Assembly (NCBI RefSeq): GCF_000012905.2
Contig: NC_007493.2
Coordinates: 2,880,001 to 2,912,000, forward strand
Reading direction: 5' to 3'
DNA length: 32,000 nucleotides
Source: Cereibacter sphaeroides 2.4.1
GTDB taxonomy: Bacteria; Pseudomonadota; Alphaproteobacteria; Rhodobacterales; Rhodobacteraceae
Shown: one piece after another, positions 1 through 9,278 of the stretch
Numbering within the stretch: position 1 is the stretch's first letter
How the letters are laid out: every line of letters begins with the position of its first letter
Translations under genes and position numbers: made by a program
Notes under the pieces: model-generated
The model's database searches: none
The model's input: only the letters and a program-made list of their open reading frames with translations
Told to the model about the DNA's origin: nothing

Positions 1-477
1 GCGACGCGATCCTCTACATCTTCGGCGGCAATCTCGAGCACCAGCCCGAGGAGTTCCAGACCCAGGTGCGCAACCTCTTCCGCATGGCGGGGCGCCGCCT
101 GCGCTTCATGGGCTCCTACAAGAGCGCAGACCTGCCCCATCTCATGCGCGAAGTGGACTGGACCATCGTGCCTTCGACCTGGTGGGAGAATGCGCCGGTC
201 GTGATTCAGGAGGCGTTCCACCACGGGCGGCCGATCATCGCCTCCGACATCGGCGGCATGGCCGAGAAGGTGCGGGACGGGATCGACGGGCTGCATTTCC
301 GCGTTTCGAACCCCGAAAGTCTGGCCGAGACGATGATGCGCGCCCTCCGGGACCCGGCTCTCTGGGACAGGCTGCGAGCGGGCATCGAGCCGCCGACCGA
401 TGCTGCAAGCGCCGCGCGCGAGCATGCCCGGCTGTTCGAGCGGCTGCTCACCCGGCAGGGGACGGCGGGCGCGAACC

Positions 478-485
<8 letters not shown>
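1..485 (+). CDS. Glycosyltransferase, GT4 / Glycos_transf_1 family (C-terminal part; 5' end lies outside the window)
   Basis: The frame-3 reading frame is open from the window edge. WWENAPVVIQEAFHHGRPIIASDIGGMAEKVRDGIDGLHF contains the E-x7-E signature (ENAPVVIQE) typical of retaining GT4 enzymes. The stop TGA at 483-485 overlaps the ATG of the next gene (ATGGCTGA). Confidence 0.8.
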
Positions 486-2195
<1,710 letters not shown>

Positions 2196-2199
<4 letters not shown>

Positions 2200-3497
2200 G
2201 CGCGGCCGGCTCCTGGGACGACCCTGCTCCCCCGAGTTACCGCCCCATCTTTCAGGCGGCGCTGGTCCTCATCCTGTCCCTCACCGTATCGTTGGGCAGC
2301 TGGGCGGTCTACGCCCGGCTCGACGGTGCGGTCATCACCCAGGGCGTCGTCCTGGCCGAAAGCCGCCGCAAGACCGTCGAGAACCTCGAGGGCGGCCTCC
2401 TTGAGCGGCTTCTGGTGGCGCCGGGAGACAGGGTCGCCGCCGGTCAGCCCGTAGCCCAGCTCGCCACCGTCCAGGACCGCGAGCGGCTGATCCAGCTCGA
2501 GGCCGAGCGGGAGGGGCTGCTCTTCGACATCTGGCGCCTGCGGACCGAAGCCGCCGGCGCCAGGGTCCTCGATCCCGCCACGGCGCCGGGTCCCGACGCC
2601 GAGCGGACGGCCGCGCAGCTGCGGCTCTTTCAGAGCCGCCTCCATGCGCACCGCGACCGGATCGGATCGCTCGACCGCCAGATCGAGCTTCTGATCGCTC
2701 AGGGAGCGGCGAACGATGCACAGGCGCGGGCTGCGGATCTCCAGATCGAAAGCTGGCGGGCGGAGCGGGCCGACCTCGTGACGCTGGTCGATCGGGGCGC
2801 AAGTCCGCGCCAGAAACTCGTCGAACTCGATCGCAACATCACGACGCTGACGGGAACGCGCGAGCAATATCTGGCTCTTGCCCGGGCGGCGCGGGCCGAT
2901 GTCGAGCGGGCCCGGATGGATCGCTCCACCGCCGGTCAGCTGCGTCTGGCCGAGGTGGCCGAGCAGCTCGCCGCTGCCGGGAGGCAGCTTCCCGGGCTCG
3001 AGGCCCAGATCCGCGCCACGCGCGACGTGCTCGAACGTCGAACGCTGCGGGCCCCACAGGCGGGACTGGTGGTCGAGGTACCCACCGTGACGCCCGGCGC
3101 CGTGATCGGCTCCGGAACGGCCGTGATGGAGATCGTGCCCGATCTCGATCACCTCGTGATCCAGATGCGCGTGCCGCCCGAGGCCATCGACAACGTCCGC
3201 AAGGGCGGGCTGGCGCGGGTGCGGCTGACGGCCTATCGGCGCGCCCTGGCGCCGGTCGTCCGCGGGCAGGTCTCCTTCGTCTCGCCGGATCTCATCGAGG
3301 ATCCGCGCGACGGCACGACCTATTTCGAGGCTCGGGTGACGCTCGATCCCGAGTCGCTTGCCGAGCAGCCCGACTGGGTGCGGCTCAGCGCGGGAATGCC
3401 GGTCGAAGTGTCGGTCAGCACAGGCGAACGGCGGGCGGGGGATTATCTGCTCGAGCCGATCCTCCGCCACCTGCGCGGCGCCCTGCACGATCCCTGA
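2196..3497 (+). CDS. HlyD-family type I secretion membrane fusion (periplasmic adaptor) protein, PrtE/AprE type
   Basis: It has an N-terminal TM segment (ALVLILSLTVSLGSWAVYA), long coiled-coil-like Q/R/A/E-rich stretches, and a C-terminal beta-barrel motif (...LRAPQAGLVVEV...GMPVEVSVSTGERRAGDYLLEPI). The ATG at 2196 overlaps the ABC stop (ATGA). Confidence 0.9.
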
Positions 3498-3566
3498 GCG
3501 CTTCACCCACCGTCAATGGATGGCCGTTAGGCTGAAGCCGCGAAGCCGAGCCTGAAAGGAGAATCG

Positions 3567-4373
3567 ATGGCCCAGATCCCCTTCGACCTGAAGCACGCGG
3601 ATTTCGCTCGCCTGGCCGAGGTCGGGCTGCGCCTGCCCGGCCTGCGCGAGGTCAAGACCCTCACCCAGACCTCGTGGATCGAGGCCCCCACCACCATCAT
3701 CGGCACGGTGGTCTCGGGCGCCGAACTGCAGGTCGGCGCCTTTTGCAGCCTGTCGGGCGGCACGCTCAACAATGTCCACATTGGCCGCTACAGCTCCATC
3801 GCCGCCGGCACGATCATCGGAGTCCACGAACATCCGACCAGCTGGCTCACCACCTCGCGCACCTCCTACTGGCCGCAGGTCTACGGCTGGGACGAGCTGA
3901 TAGCCCCCGACCGCGCCGCCGAGATCCGCGCCGGCAAACGGCCCTTCACCAGAAGCTGCCCCATCACCGAGATCGGCCATGATGTCTGGATCGGTCAGGG
4001 CTGTTTCATCAAATCGGGCGTGCGGATCGGCCATGGCTCCGTCATCGGCGCGCGCGCCACGGTGACGAAGGACGTGCCCCCCTATTCGATCGTGCTGGGC
4101 ACGCCCGGGCGCGTGGTACGGACCCGCGTGCCCGAGCCCTTGATCGAGCGGCTTCTGGCCGTCGAATGGTGGCGCTATTCGATCTACGACCTGTTCGCAG
4201 CCCCGTTCGATGACGTTGCCCGCGCGCTCGATGTGATCGAGGATCGCATCGCCGAGGGAGCGATCAAACCCTATGAGGCGCCCCTTGTCACGCCCGCCGA
4301 CCTGGCCGAACCGCTGGGGCTGGCGGCGCGGCTCGCGGCCCGGTTCCCGCGTCCCCTCGCCCGGGCGAGCTGA
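3567..4373 (+). CDS. Hexapeptide-repeat (left-handed beta-helix) acetyltransferase, xenobiotic acetyltransferase (Vat/CatB, XAT) class
   Basis: It shows hexapeptide repeats (IGRYSSIAAGTIIG, IGHDVWIGQGCFIKSGVRIGHGSVIGARATVTKDVPPYSIVLGTPGRVV). It has an extended loop with His (VHEHPTSWLTTS) where Vat/CatB carry the catalytic His loop. The C-terminal LLAVEWWRYSIYDL resembles the Vat LLDIKWWNW helix. A strong SD (AAAGGAG) lies 6 nt upstream of the ATG. Confidence 0.8.
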   Translation: MAQIPFDLKHADFARLAEVGLRLPGLREVKTLTQTSWIEAPTTIIGTVVSGAELQVGAFCSLSGGTLNNVHIGRYSSIAAGTIIGVHEHPTSWLTTSRTSYWPQVYGWDELIAPDRAAEIRAGKRPFTRSCPITEIGHDVWIGQGCFIKSGVRIGHGSVIGARATVTKDVPPYSIVLGTPGRVVRTRVPEPLIERLLAVEWWRYSIYDLFAAPFDDVARALDVIEDRIAEGAIKPYEAPLVTPADLAEPLGLAARLAARFPRPLARAS

Positions 4374-4376
4374 CCG

Positions 4377-4964
4377 ATGACGCTGGCGGACCCCGTTCCG
4401 GACAAGGCGAAGGAGGCGGTCTCTCCGCTCTATGGGGTCGTCGACGTCCTCAGGCGGGACCGGATCGCCGGCTGGGTCATCGACCGGCGCGATCCCGGGG
4501 CGTCTGTCACTGTCGAAATCCGCCGCGAAGGCCAACGCATCGCCAGCGTTCCCGCAAATCGGCGGCGCCGGGACCTCGAGGCGAACCGGTTCGGCAGCGG
4601 GCTCTACGGGTTCGGTGCTGCGATAGATCCACCGCTCATGGAGGGGATGGAGTTCACGGTCTCCGTCCGGGCCATGGCGGCGGACGGCACGGAAGCGATC
4701 CTCCAGCCGTTGAGCCGGGTTCTCGAACCGAGCGGCGAGCAGAGGGCTCTGGCGCGCCTGCTGGAGGAGGTGGCCGCCTGCCGTGCGCTGCTCGAGGCGC
4801 AGCAGTCCCTTGCCGAGCGCGTGGAGCGGGCCCAGCTCCGGATGGAAACCCTCTGGCCGGAACCGGATCCCGTCCCGCCCACCGGCTGGGGACTGCGCCT
4901 TCTGTCGCTCGCCGCCCTCGCTCTGGCGCTCCTGTCCCTCACGCTCTCGGTGATGTCGCTGTGA
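4377..4964 (+). CDS. Hypothetical tail-anchored membrane protein: N-terminal GW-containing beta-rich domain, coiled-coil linker and C-terminal TM helix
   Basis: The ATG lies 3 nt after the upstream stop. GC3-rich codon usage is consistent with coding. The extreme C-terminus LRLLSLAALALALLSLTLSVMSL is a single hydrophobic helix. I recognise no catalytic motif. Confidence 0.6.
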   Translation: MTLADPVPDKAKEAVSPLYGVVDVLRRDRIAGWVIDRRDPGASVTVEIRREGQRIASVPANRRRRDLEANRFGSGLYGFGAAIDPPLMEGMEFTVSVRAMAADGTEAILQPLSRVLEPSGEQRALARLLEEVAACRALLEAQQSLAERVERAQLRMETLWPEPDPVPPTGWGLRLLSLAALALALLSLTLSVMSL

Positions 4965-4975
4965 CCTCCGCGTCG

Positions 4976-7762
4976 CTAGACCAGCTCGCGCAAAAGCGCC
5001 ATCGGATGCGAGCGCAAGCTCAGACGGAAGGAGACGTAATCCTCGACCACCTCCTCGCCCAAGGTCATCTCCCGCAGGACGACCTCGGGCTCGACGATCC
5101 CCTCGCCGTCCATGTCCCCTGCAAAGAGCGGCAGCGGCCTGTCACCCGACAGGGCGCGGGCCTGCCACTGGGCCTCGCGCCGTGTCAGCCCCAGGGCGGC
5201 GAAGCAATCCGCCTCGGCCAGACGGGTCACGGTTGCAGGCGGAACCCCGGCCCGCCGCCAGATATCCTCCACGGCGCGGTAGCCATTGCCCCGCGCCGCC
5301 ACGATCCACTGCGCCTCCTCCTCGGCTACTCCCTTGATCTGGCGGAACCCGAGCCGCAGGGCGAGACGGCCCTCTCTGTCGCGCTCCATCACATTGTCCC
5401 AGAGGCTCGCGTTGATGCAGGGCGGCAGCACGATCACCCCGTGGGCGCGCGCATCCCGCACGATCTGCGCCGGCGCATAGAACCCCATCGGCTGCGCATT
5501 CAGCAGCGCGCAGGCGAAGATGCCGGGATGATGGCACTTGATCCAGGCGGAGGCATAGACCAGCAGGGCAAAGCTTGCCGCATGGCTCTCGGGAAAACCG
5601 TAGGAGCCGAAGCCCTCGATCTGGGAAAAGCAGCGGGTGGCGAAGTCCTTATCGTAGCCGTTGGCCAGCATCCCGTTCATGAAGCGCTCCTTCAGTTCCG
5701 TCACGTTGCCGTGCTTCTTGAAGGTGGCAAGCGCGCGACGCAGCCGGTCGGCCTCTTCCGGCGAGAAATTCGCCCCGATGATGGCGATCTGCATCGCCTG
5801 CTCCTGAAAGAGCGGCACGCCCAGCGTCTTGCCCAGAACCTTGCCCAGCGCATCGGAGGGAAGATGCGGATCCTCCTGCCCATTCCTGCGGCGGATGTAG
5901 GGATGGACCATGTCACCCTGAATCGGACCCGGCCGGATGATCGCCACCTGAACCACCAGATCGTAGAAGCAGCGGGGCCGCATCCGGGGCAGGAAGTTCA
6001 TCTGCGCGCGCGACTCGACCTGAAAGACACCCAAGGAGTCGGCGCGGCACAGCATGTCGTAGGTCTGGGAATCGTCCCGCGGCAGGGTGGCGAGCGTGTA
6101 GCTGGTGTGGTGGTGGCTTTCGATCAGATCGAACGCCTTGCGGATGCAGGTCAGCATCCCCAGCGCCAGCACATCCACCTTGAGGATGCCCAGCATGTCG
6201 ATGTCGTCCTTGTCCCAGCAGATGACGGTCCGACCCTCCATGGCCGCATTCTCGATCGGCACCAGCTCGTCCAACCGACCTTCGGTGATGACGAACCCTC
6301 CCACATGCTGGGAAAGATGACGCGGAAAGCCCTGGATCTCGTCGATGAGCTGCAGGGCCAGCCAGAGCCGCCGATCGTTCGGATCGAGACCGATCTCGCG
6401 CAGGCGCCGCTCGGTCAGGGCGCCGGGGCCGCCCCAGCCCCAGATCTGGCTCGCCATGGCGGTCAGCGTGTCCTCGCTCAGCCCCATCGCCCGTCCGACC
6501 TCGCGCACCGCCCGCTTGCCGCGATAATGGATGACCGTGGCGCAGAGCCCGGCACGGTCCCGCCCATAGCGGCTGTAGATGTGCTGGATCACTTCCTCAC
6601 GCCGCTCATGCTCGAAATCCACGTCGATGTCGGGCGGTTCGTTGCGCGCCTCCGACACGAACCGCTCGAAGACCATGGTGCCCACCTCGGGGTCGACCGA
6701 TGTCACCCCCAGCGCATAGCAGACGATGGAATTGGCCGCCGATCCCCGGCCCTGGCACAGGATGCCGCGGTCGCGCGCGAACCGGACGATATCATTCACG
6801 GTGAGAAAATAGGGCTCGTAGCCGAGCTTGCCGATAAGCTCCAGTTCGTGCCGCGCCTGGGCCGCGATCTTTTCGGGCACGCCTGCGGGAAAGCGCCAGA
6901 CGAGGCCCTCGCGCGTCAGCCGCGCCAGCCGATCCGCCGGGCTCTCTCCCTTGGAGATCTCCGACGGATATTCGTAGCGCAGCTCGCTCAGGCAGAAGTC
7001 GAGCCGCCCGGCGATCTCGGCGCTGCGGAAGACAGCCTCCTCGTGCCCCGGATAGAGCCGCAGCATCTCGGCCTCCGACCTCAGGCGCTGCTCGCCGTTG
7101 ACGAGCGCGCGGCGGCCCAGCTCGTCCACCCGGCAGCCCAGGCGGATCGCGGTCAGCACGTCGGCCAGCCGCCGCCGCGCCCCGTGATGCAGGATCGGCA
7201 GACCAGAGGCGACCGTGGGGATCCCCAGCCGCGCGGCGAGCAGAGCCTGCCGCTCGAACCGGACACGGTCCTGACCTGCATAATGGGGGGCCAGGATCAG
7301 CGCGACCCGCCCCGGGCAGGCCGCGGCCAGCCTCGCGGCCAGGGTTTGCCAGCCCCCCGAGGACCGCGCGGGCGGGTGGAGCAGCATCTCCTGTCCCTCG
7401 GCATGGGCAAGAAGATCGGCAAAGCCCAGGTCGCAGCTGCCCTTGGGCGCGGCCCTCCGTCCGAGGGTGAGCAGGCGGCAGAGCCGGCCCCATGCGGCGC
7501 GATCGCGCGGCAGGACGGTCACGCTCATGCCCTCGCGCACCACGATCCGCGCGGCCGGAATGAGGCGCGGGGCGCTGCCCGTCTCGCGCGCGATCTCCTT
7601 GGCCTCTCCATAGGCGCGCACGATGCCGGCGACGGAATTCTCGTCGGCGATCGCCAGCGCGGGCAAGCCCAGAGAGGCGGCGCGCCGCATCAGCTCCTCG
7701 GGATGCGAGGCGCCCGTGAGAAAGGTAAAATTCGACGTGGCCGACAGTTCCACGAACGGCAT
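4976..7762 (-). CDS. dnaE2: Error-prone DNA polymerase DnaE2 (Pol III alpha-like); apparently C-terminally truncated and possibly a pseudogene
   Basis: The N-terminus MPFVELSATSNFTFLTGASHPEEL is the canonical DnaE2 PHP-domain start. Pol III alpha core motifs run throughout (PDIDVDFEH, GILKVDVLALGMLT, VAIIRPGPIQGDMVHPYIRRR). The ORF ends ...FRLSLRSHPMALLRELV*, whereas homologues as I remember them continue about 150 aa through an OB-fold. I chose the start at 7762 over 7798 by homology and because of the LexA box position. Confidence 0.85.
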   Translation of the reverse strand: MPFVELSATSNFTFLTGASHPEELMRRAASLGLPALAIADENSVAGIVRAYGEAKEIARETGSAPRLIPAARIVVREGMSVTVLPRDRAAWGRLCRLLTLGRRAAPKGSCDLGFADLLAHAEGQEMLLHPPARSSGGWQTLAARLAAACPGRVALILAPHYAGQDRVRFERQALLAARLGIPTVASGLPILHHGARRRLADVLTAIRLGCRVDELGRRALVNGEQRLRSEAEMLRLYPGHEEAVFRSAEIAGRLDFCLSELRYEYPSEISKGESPADRLARLTREGLVWRFPAGVPEKIAAQARHELELIGKLGYEPYFLTVNDIVRFARDRGILCQGRGSAANSIVCYALGVTSVDPEVGTMVFERFVSEARNEPPDIDVDFEHERREEVIQHIYSRYGRDRAGLCATVIHYRGKRAVREVGRAMGLSEDTLTAMASQIWGWGGPGALTERRLREIGLDPNDRRLWLALQLIDEIQGFPRHLSQHVGGFVITEGRLDELVPIENAAMEGRTVICWDKDDIDMLGILKVDVLALGMLTCIRKAFDLIESHHHTSYTLATLPRDDSQTYDMLCRADSLGVFQVESRAQMNFLPRMRPRCFYDLVVQVAIIRPGPIQGDMVHPYIRRRNGQEDPHLPSDALGKVLGKTLGVPLFQEQAMQIAIIGANFSPEEADRLRRALATFKKHGNVTELKERFMNGMLANGYDKDFATRCFSQIEGFGSYGFPESHAASFALLVYASAWIKCHHPGIFACALLNAQPMGFYAPAQIVRDARAHGVIVLPPCINASLWDNVMERDREGRLALRLGFRQIKGVAEEEAQWIVAARGNGYRAVEDIWRRAGVPPATVTRLAEADCFAALGLTRREAQWQARALSGDRPLPLFAGDMDGEGIVEPEVVLREMTLGEEVVEDYVSFRLSLRSHPMALLRELV

Positions 7763-7781
7763 GGCAGTGCCCGAGTCGCTT

Positions 7782-7796
7782 GAACGAACCCGGAAC
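7782..7796 (-). promoter_or_regulatory. Alphaproteobacterial LexA (SOS) box, GTTC-N7-GTTC, upstream of dnaE2
   Basis: The plus strand reads GAACGAACCCGGAAC, which is GTTCCGGGTTCGTTC on the minus strand. This is a perfect direct repeat GTTC-N7-GTTC lying 19 nt upstream of the dnaE2 ATG at 7762. Confidence 0.65.
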
Positions 7797-7810
7797 ATAC
7801 TCGGCTGTGT

Positions 7811-7833
7811 CGCGAAAGGGGAGTCCCCTCGCG
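7811..7833 (-). terminator. Possible hairpin terminator downstream of the lytic transglycosylase gene
   Basis: The minus strand reads CGCGAGGGG-ACT-CCCCTTTCGCG, a 9-bp stem with a 2-nt bulge, 10 nt after the stop at 7843. It has no clean U-tract, so confidence is low. Confidence 0.3.
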
Positions 7834-7842
7834 CGGTGCCGG

Positions 7843-9096
7843 TCAGGCCCCTTCGCGCAGCCGGTTCAGGACCGCTTCATTGGCATAGCCATCGGCCACC
7901 AGACCACGCGCTGCTTGCCAGGCCCGCAGCGCGGAAAGCGTGTTCGGACCGATCATGCCGTCGGCTCCGCCCGTGTCAAAGCCCGCCGCGGTCAGGAGGC
8001 GCTGCAGCTCGGTCCGCTCGGCCGAGGCCAGCGCCCGGTCGCCGCGCGGCCAGCCCCCCGCGATGGCCGGCGCGCCTTTCAGCCGGTCCGCGAGATGGCC
8101 CACGCCGATCACATAGGCATCCGCAGGATTGTAGCGCGCGATGGCACGGAAGTTCGGATAGATCAGGAAGGCCGCTCCCTGCGCCCCCGCCGGAAGCAGA
8201 AGGGCCGCCTCTCCTGCCGGCAGCGGCGACCCGTCGACGCGTCGCACCCCCAGCGCCTCCCAGCGGGCGGCCGGCTGGCGCAGGCTCTTGCCGCTCTGGG
8301 CGAAGTCGAAGCCCGCGGGCAGACGCACCTCGACGCCCCAGGGCTCACCCCTGCGCCACCCCGACTTGGCCAGATAGGCCGCCGTCGAGGCCAGCGCGTC
8401 CGACGGATCGTCCGACCAGATGTCGCGCCGCCCATCGCCGGTGAAATCCACCGCGAAGTCGAGATACGAGGTCGGCATGAACTGGGTGTGGCCCATCGCC
8501 CCCGCCCAGCTGCCGGTCATGGCCTCGGGGCGCACATCGCCATTGTCGAGAATTTTCAGCGCCGCGATCAGCTGCTCCTCGAAGAAGCGGGCACGCCGCC
8601 CGTCATGGGCAAGCGTCGCAAGCGCCCCCACCAGCGGATGATCGCCCCGTCGCGTCCCGTAGGAGGTCTCCATCCCCCAGACCGCCACGACGATCTCCTT
8701 CGGCACCCCATAGCGCGCTTCGATCCGCCCGAGGAGCGCCCCATGCTGCACGAGAGCCGCCCGCCCGCCCGCGATCCGCGTCTCGGACACAGCCGAATCG
8801 AGATAATCCCACAGCGTGCGGTTGAATTCGGCCTGATTGCGATCGCGCGCCACCGCATCGGCATCGTAGCGCAGATCCCGGAAGGCGGCAGCGAAGGTCG
8901 CCGGCCGGATGCCTGCGGCCAGCGCCCGCGGCCGGAACTGGATCACCCAGGCCTCCAGCCCCGCCTGCGCCGCCCGCTCCGCCTCCGTCACCGCCGCCTC
9001 CGCCCGTGCCGCCGGTCGCTGCGACACCGTCACCGGATCGGCCATCCCCGGCGCAGCCGCCAGCGCCAGGCCCAGTCCCAGAAGGAACGTCCGCAT
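7843..9096 (-). CDS. Lytic murein transglycosylase (MltB/SLT_2 family) with C-terminal peptidoglycan-binding domain
   Basis: It has a signal peptide (MRTFLLGLGLALAAAPGMA) and a catalytic region (VAVWGMETSYG ... GAMGHTQFMPTSY). The C-terminal PG_binding_1-like segment reads LQRLLTAAGFDTGGADGMIGPNTLSALRAWQAARGLVADGYA. A GGAGG SD lies upstream. Confidence 0.9.
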   Translation of the reverse strand: MRTFLLGLGLALAAAPGMADPVTVSQRPAARAEAAVTEAERAAQAGLEAWVIQFRPRALAAGIRPATFAAAFRDLRYDADAVARDRNQAEFNRTLWDYLDSAVSETRIAGGRAALVQHGALLGRIEARYGVPKEIVVAVWGMETSYGTRRGDHPLVGALATLAHDGRRARFFEEQLIAALKILDNGDVRPEAMTGSWAGAMGHTQFMPTSYLDFAVDFTGDGRRDIWSDDPSDALASTAAYLAKSGWRRGEPWGVEVRLPAGFDFAQSGKSLRQPAARWEALGVRRVDGSPLPAGEAALLLPAGAQGAAFLIYPNFRAIARYNPADAYVIGVGHLADRLKGAPAIAGGWPRGDRALASAERTELQRLLTAAGFDTGGADGMIGPNTLSALRAWQAARGLVADGYANEAVLNRLREGA

Positions 9097-9211
9097 CCCC
9101 TGCCTCCGCCTGCTCTTGTCGTTCCGGCAACCCTAGCGCGACGAGCCTCACCCGCAAAGAGCGGAGCCGCCCCGCCCCGATAACAAGGGCTCGACCGGCC
9201 CTGTCTCTCAC

Positions 9212-9263
9212 TCTGGAAAAATATCCTCGGGGGGCACGGGGGGCGGAAGGCCCCCCGCCCCGG
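9212..9263. repeat. REP-like intergenic element, copy A (AAATATCC + G6 + G6C-loop-GC6 hairpin)
   Basis: The sequence tctggaaaaatatcctcggggggcacggggggcggaaggccccccgccccgg is nearly identical in layout to 24838-24893. It lies just downstream of the rnr stop and could act as its terminator (minus strand: CGGGGGG-CCTTCCG-CCCCCCG ... ATATTTTT). Confidence 0.6.
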
Positions 9264-9278
9264 CCATGAAGACCGCCG

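Noticed and set aside
400-477. Upstream extension of the ABC transporter ORF. Analogous 5' extensions exist at 13524-13580, 14266-14469, 16455-16595, 20683-20766 and 22022-22162.
   Set aside because: The extended parts overlap upstream genes or lack SD sequences, and they translate to low-complexity Arg/Pro/Gly strings. Internal starts match family N-termini and have SDs or start/stop overlaps.
4377-4964. The 195-aa protein as the secreted substrate of the adjacent T1SS.
   Set aside because: It has no GGxGxD nonapeptide repeats. The extreme C-terminus, where T1SS signals reside, is a 23-residue hydrophobic membrane helix rather than an unstructured acidic signal.
4900-5050. A mobile-element boundary (IS end, integrase, att-like direct repeats) at the dnaE2 truncation point.
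   Set aside because: I could find no transposase or integrase ORF, terminal inverted repeat or obvious direct repeat by eye anywhere in 1-5100. The truncation stands, but its mechanism cannot be assigned from this window.
4961-7783. A 940-aa plus-strand ORF mirroring dnaE2. Similar long antisense ORFs occur at 9531-12008, 16839-19649, 7780-9183, 19951-21525, 448-1818 (-), 2115-3506 (-) and 3513-4535 (-).
   Set aside because: All lie antisense to genes with clear family signatures (DnaE2, RNase R, DXS/IspA, MltB, HDAC/response regulator, ABC, HlyD, XAT). All have R/G/A/P-dominated, motif-less translations.
9229-9250. G-quadruplex potential of the paired G6 runs in the REP-like elements (also at 24859-24873).
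   Set aside because: There are only two long G-runs per element. The adjacent complementary C6 run makes a Watson-Crick hairpin far more likely than a four-run quadruplex.
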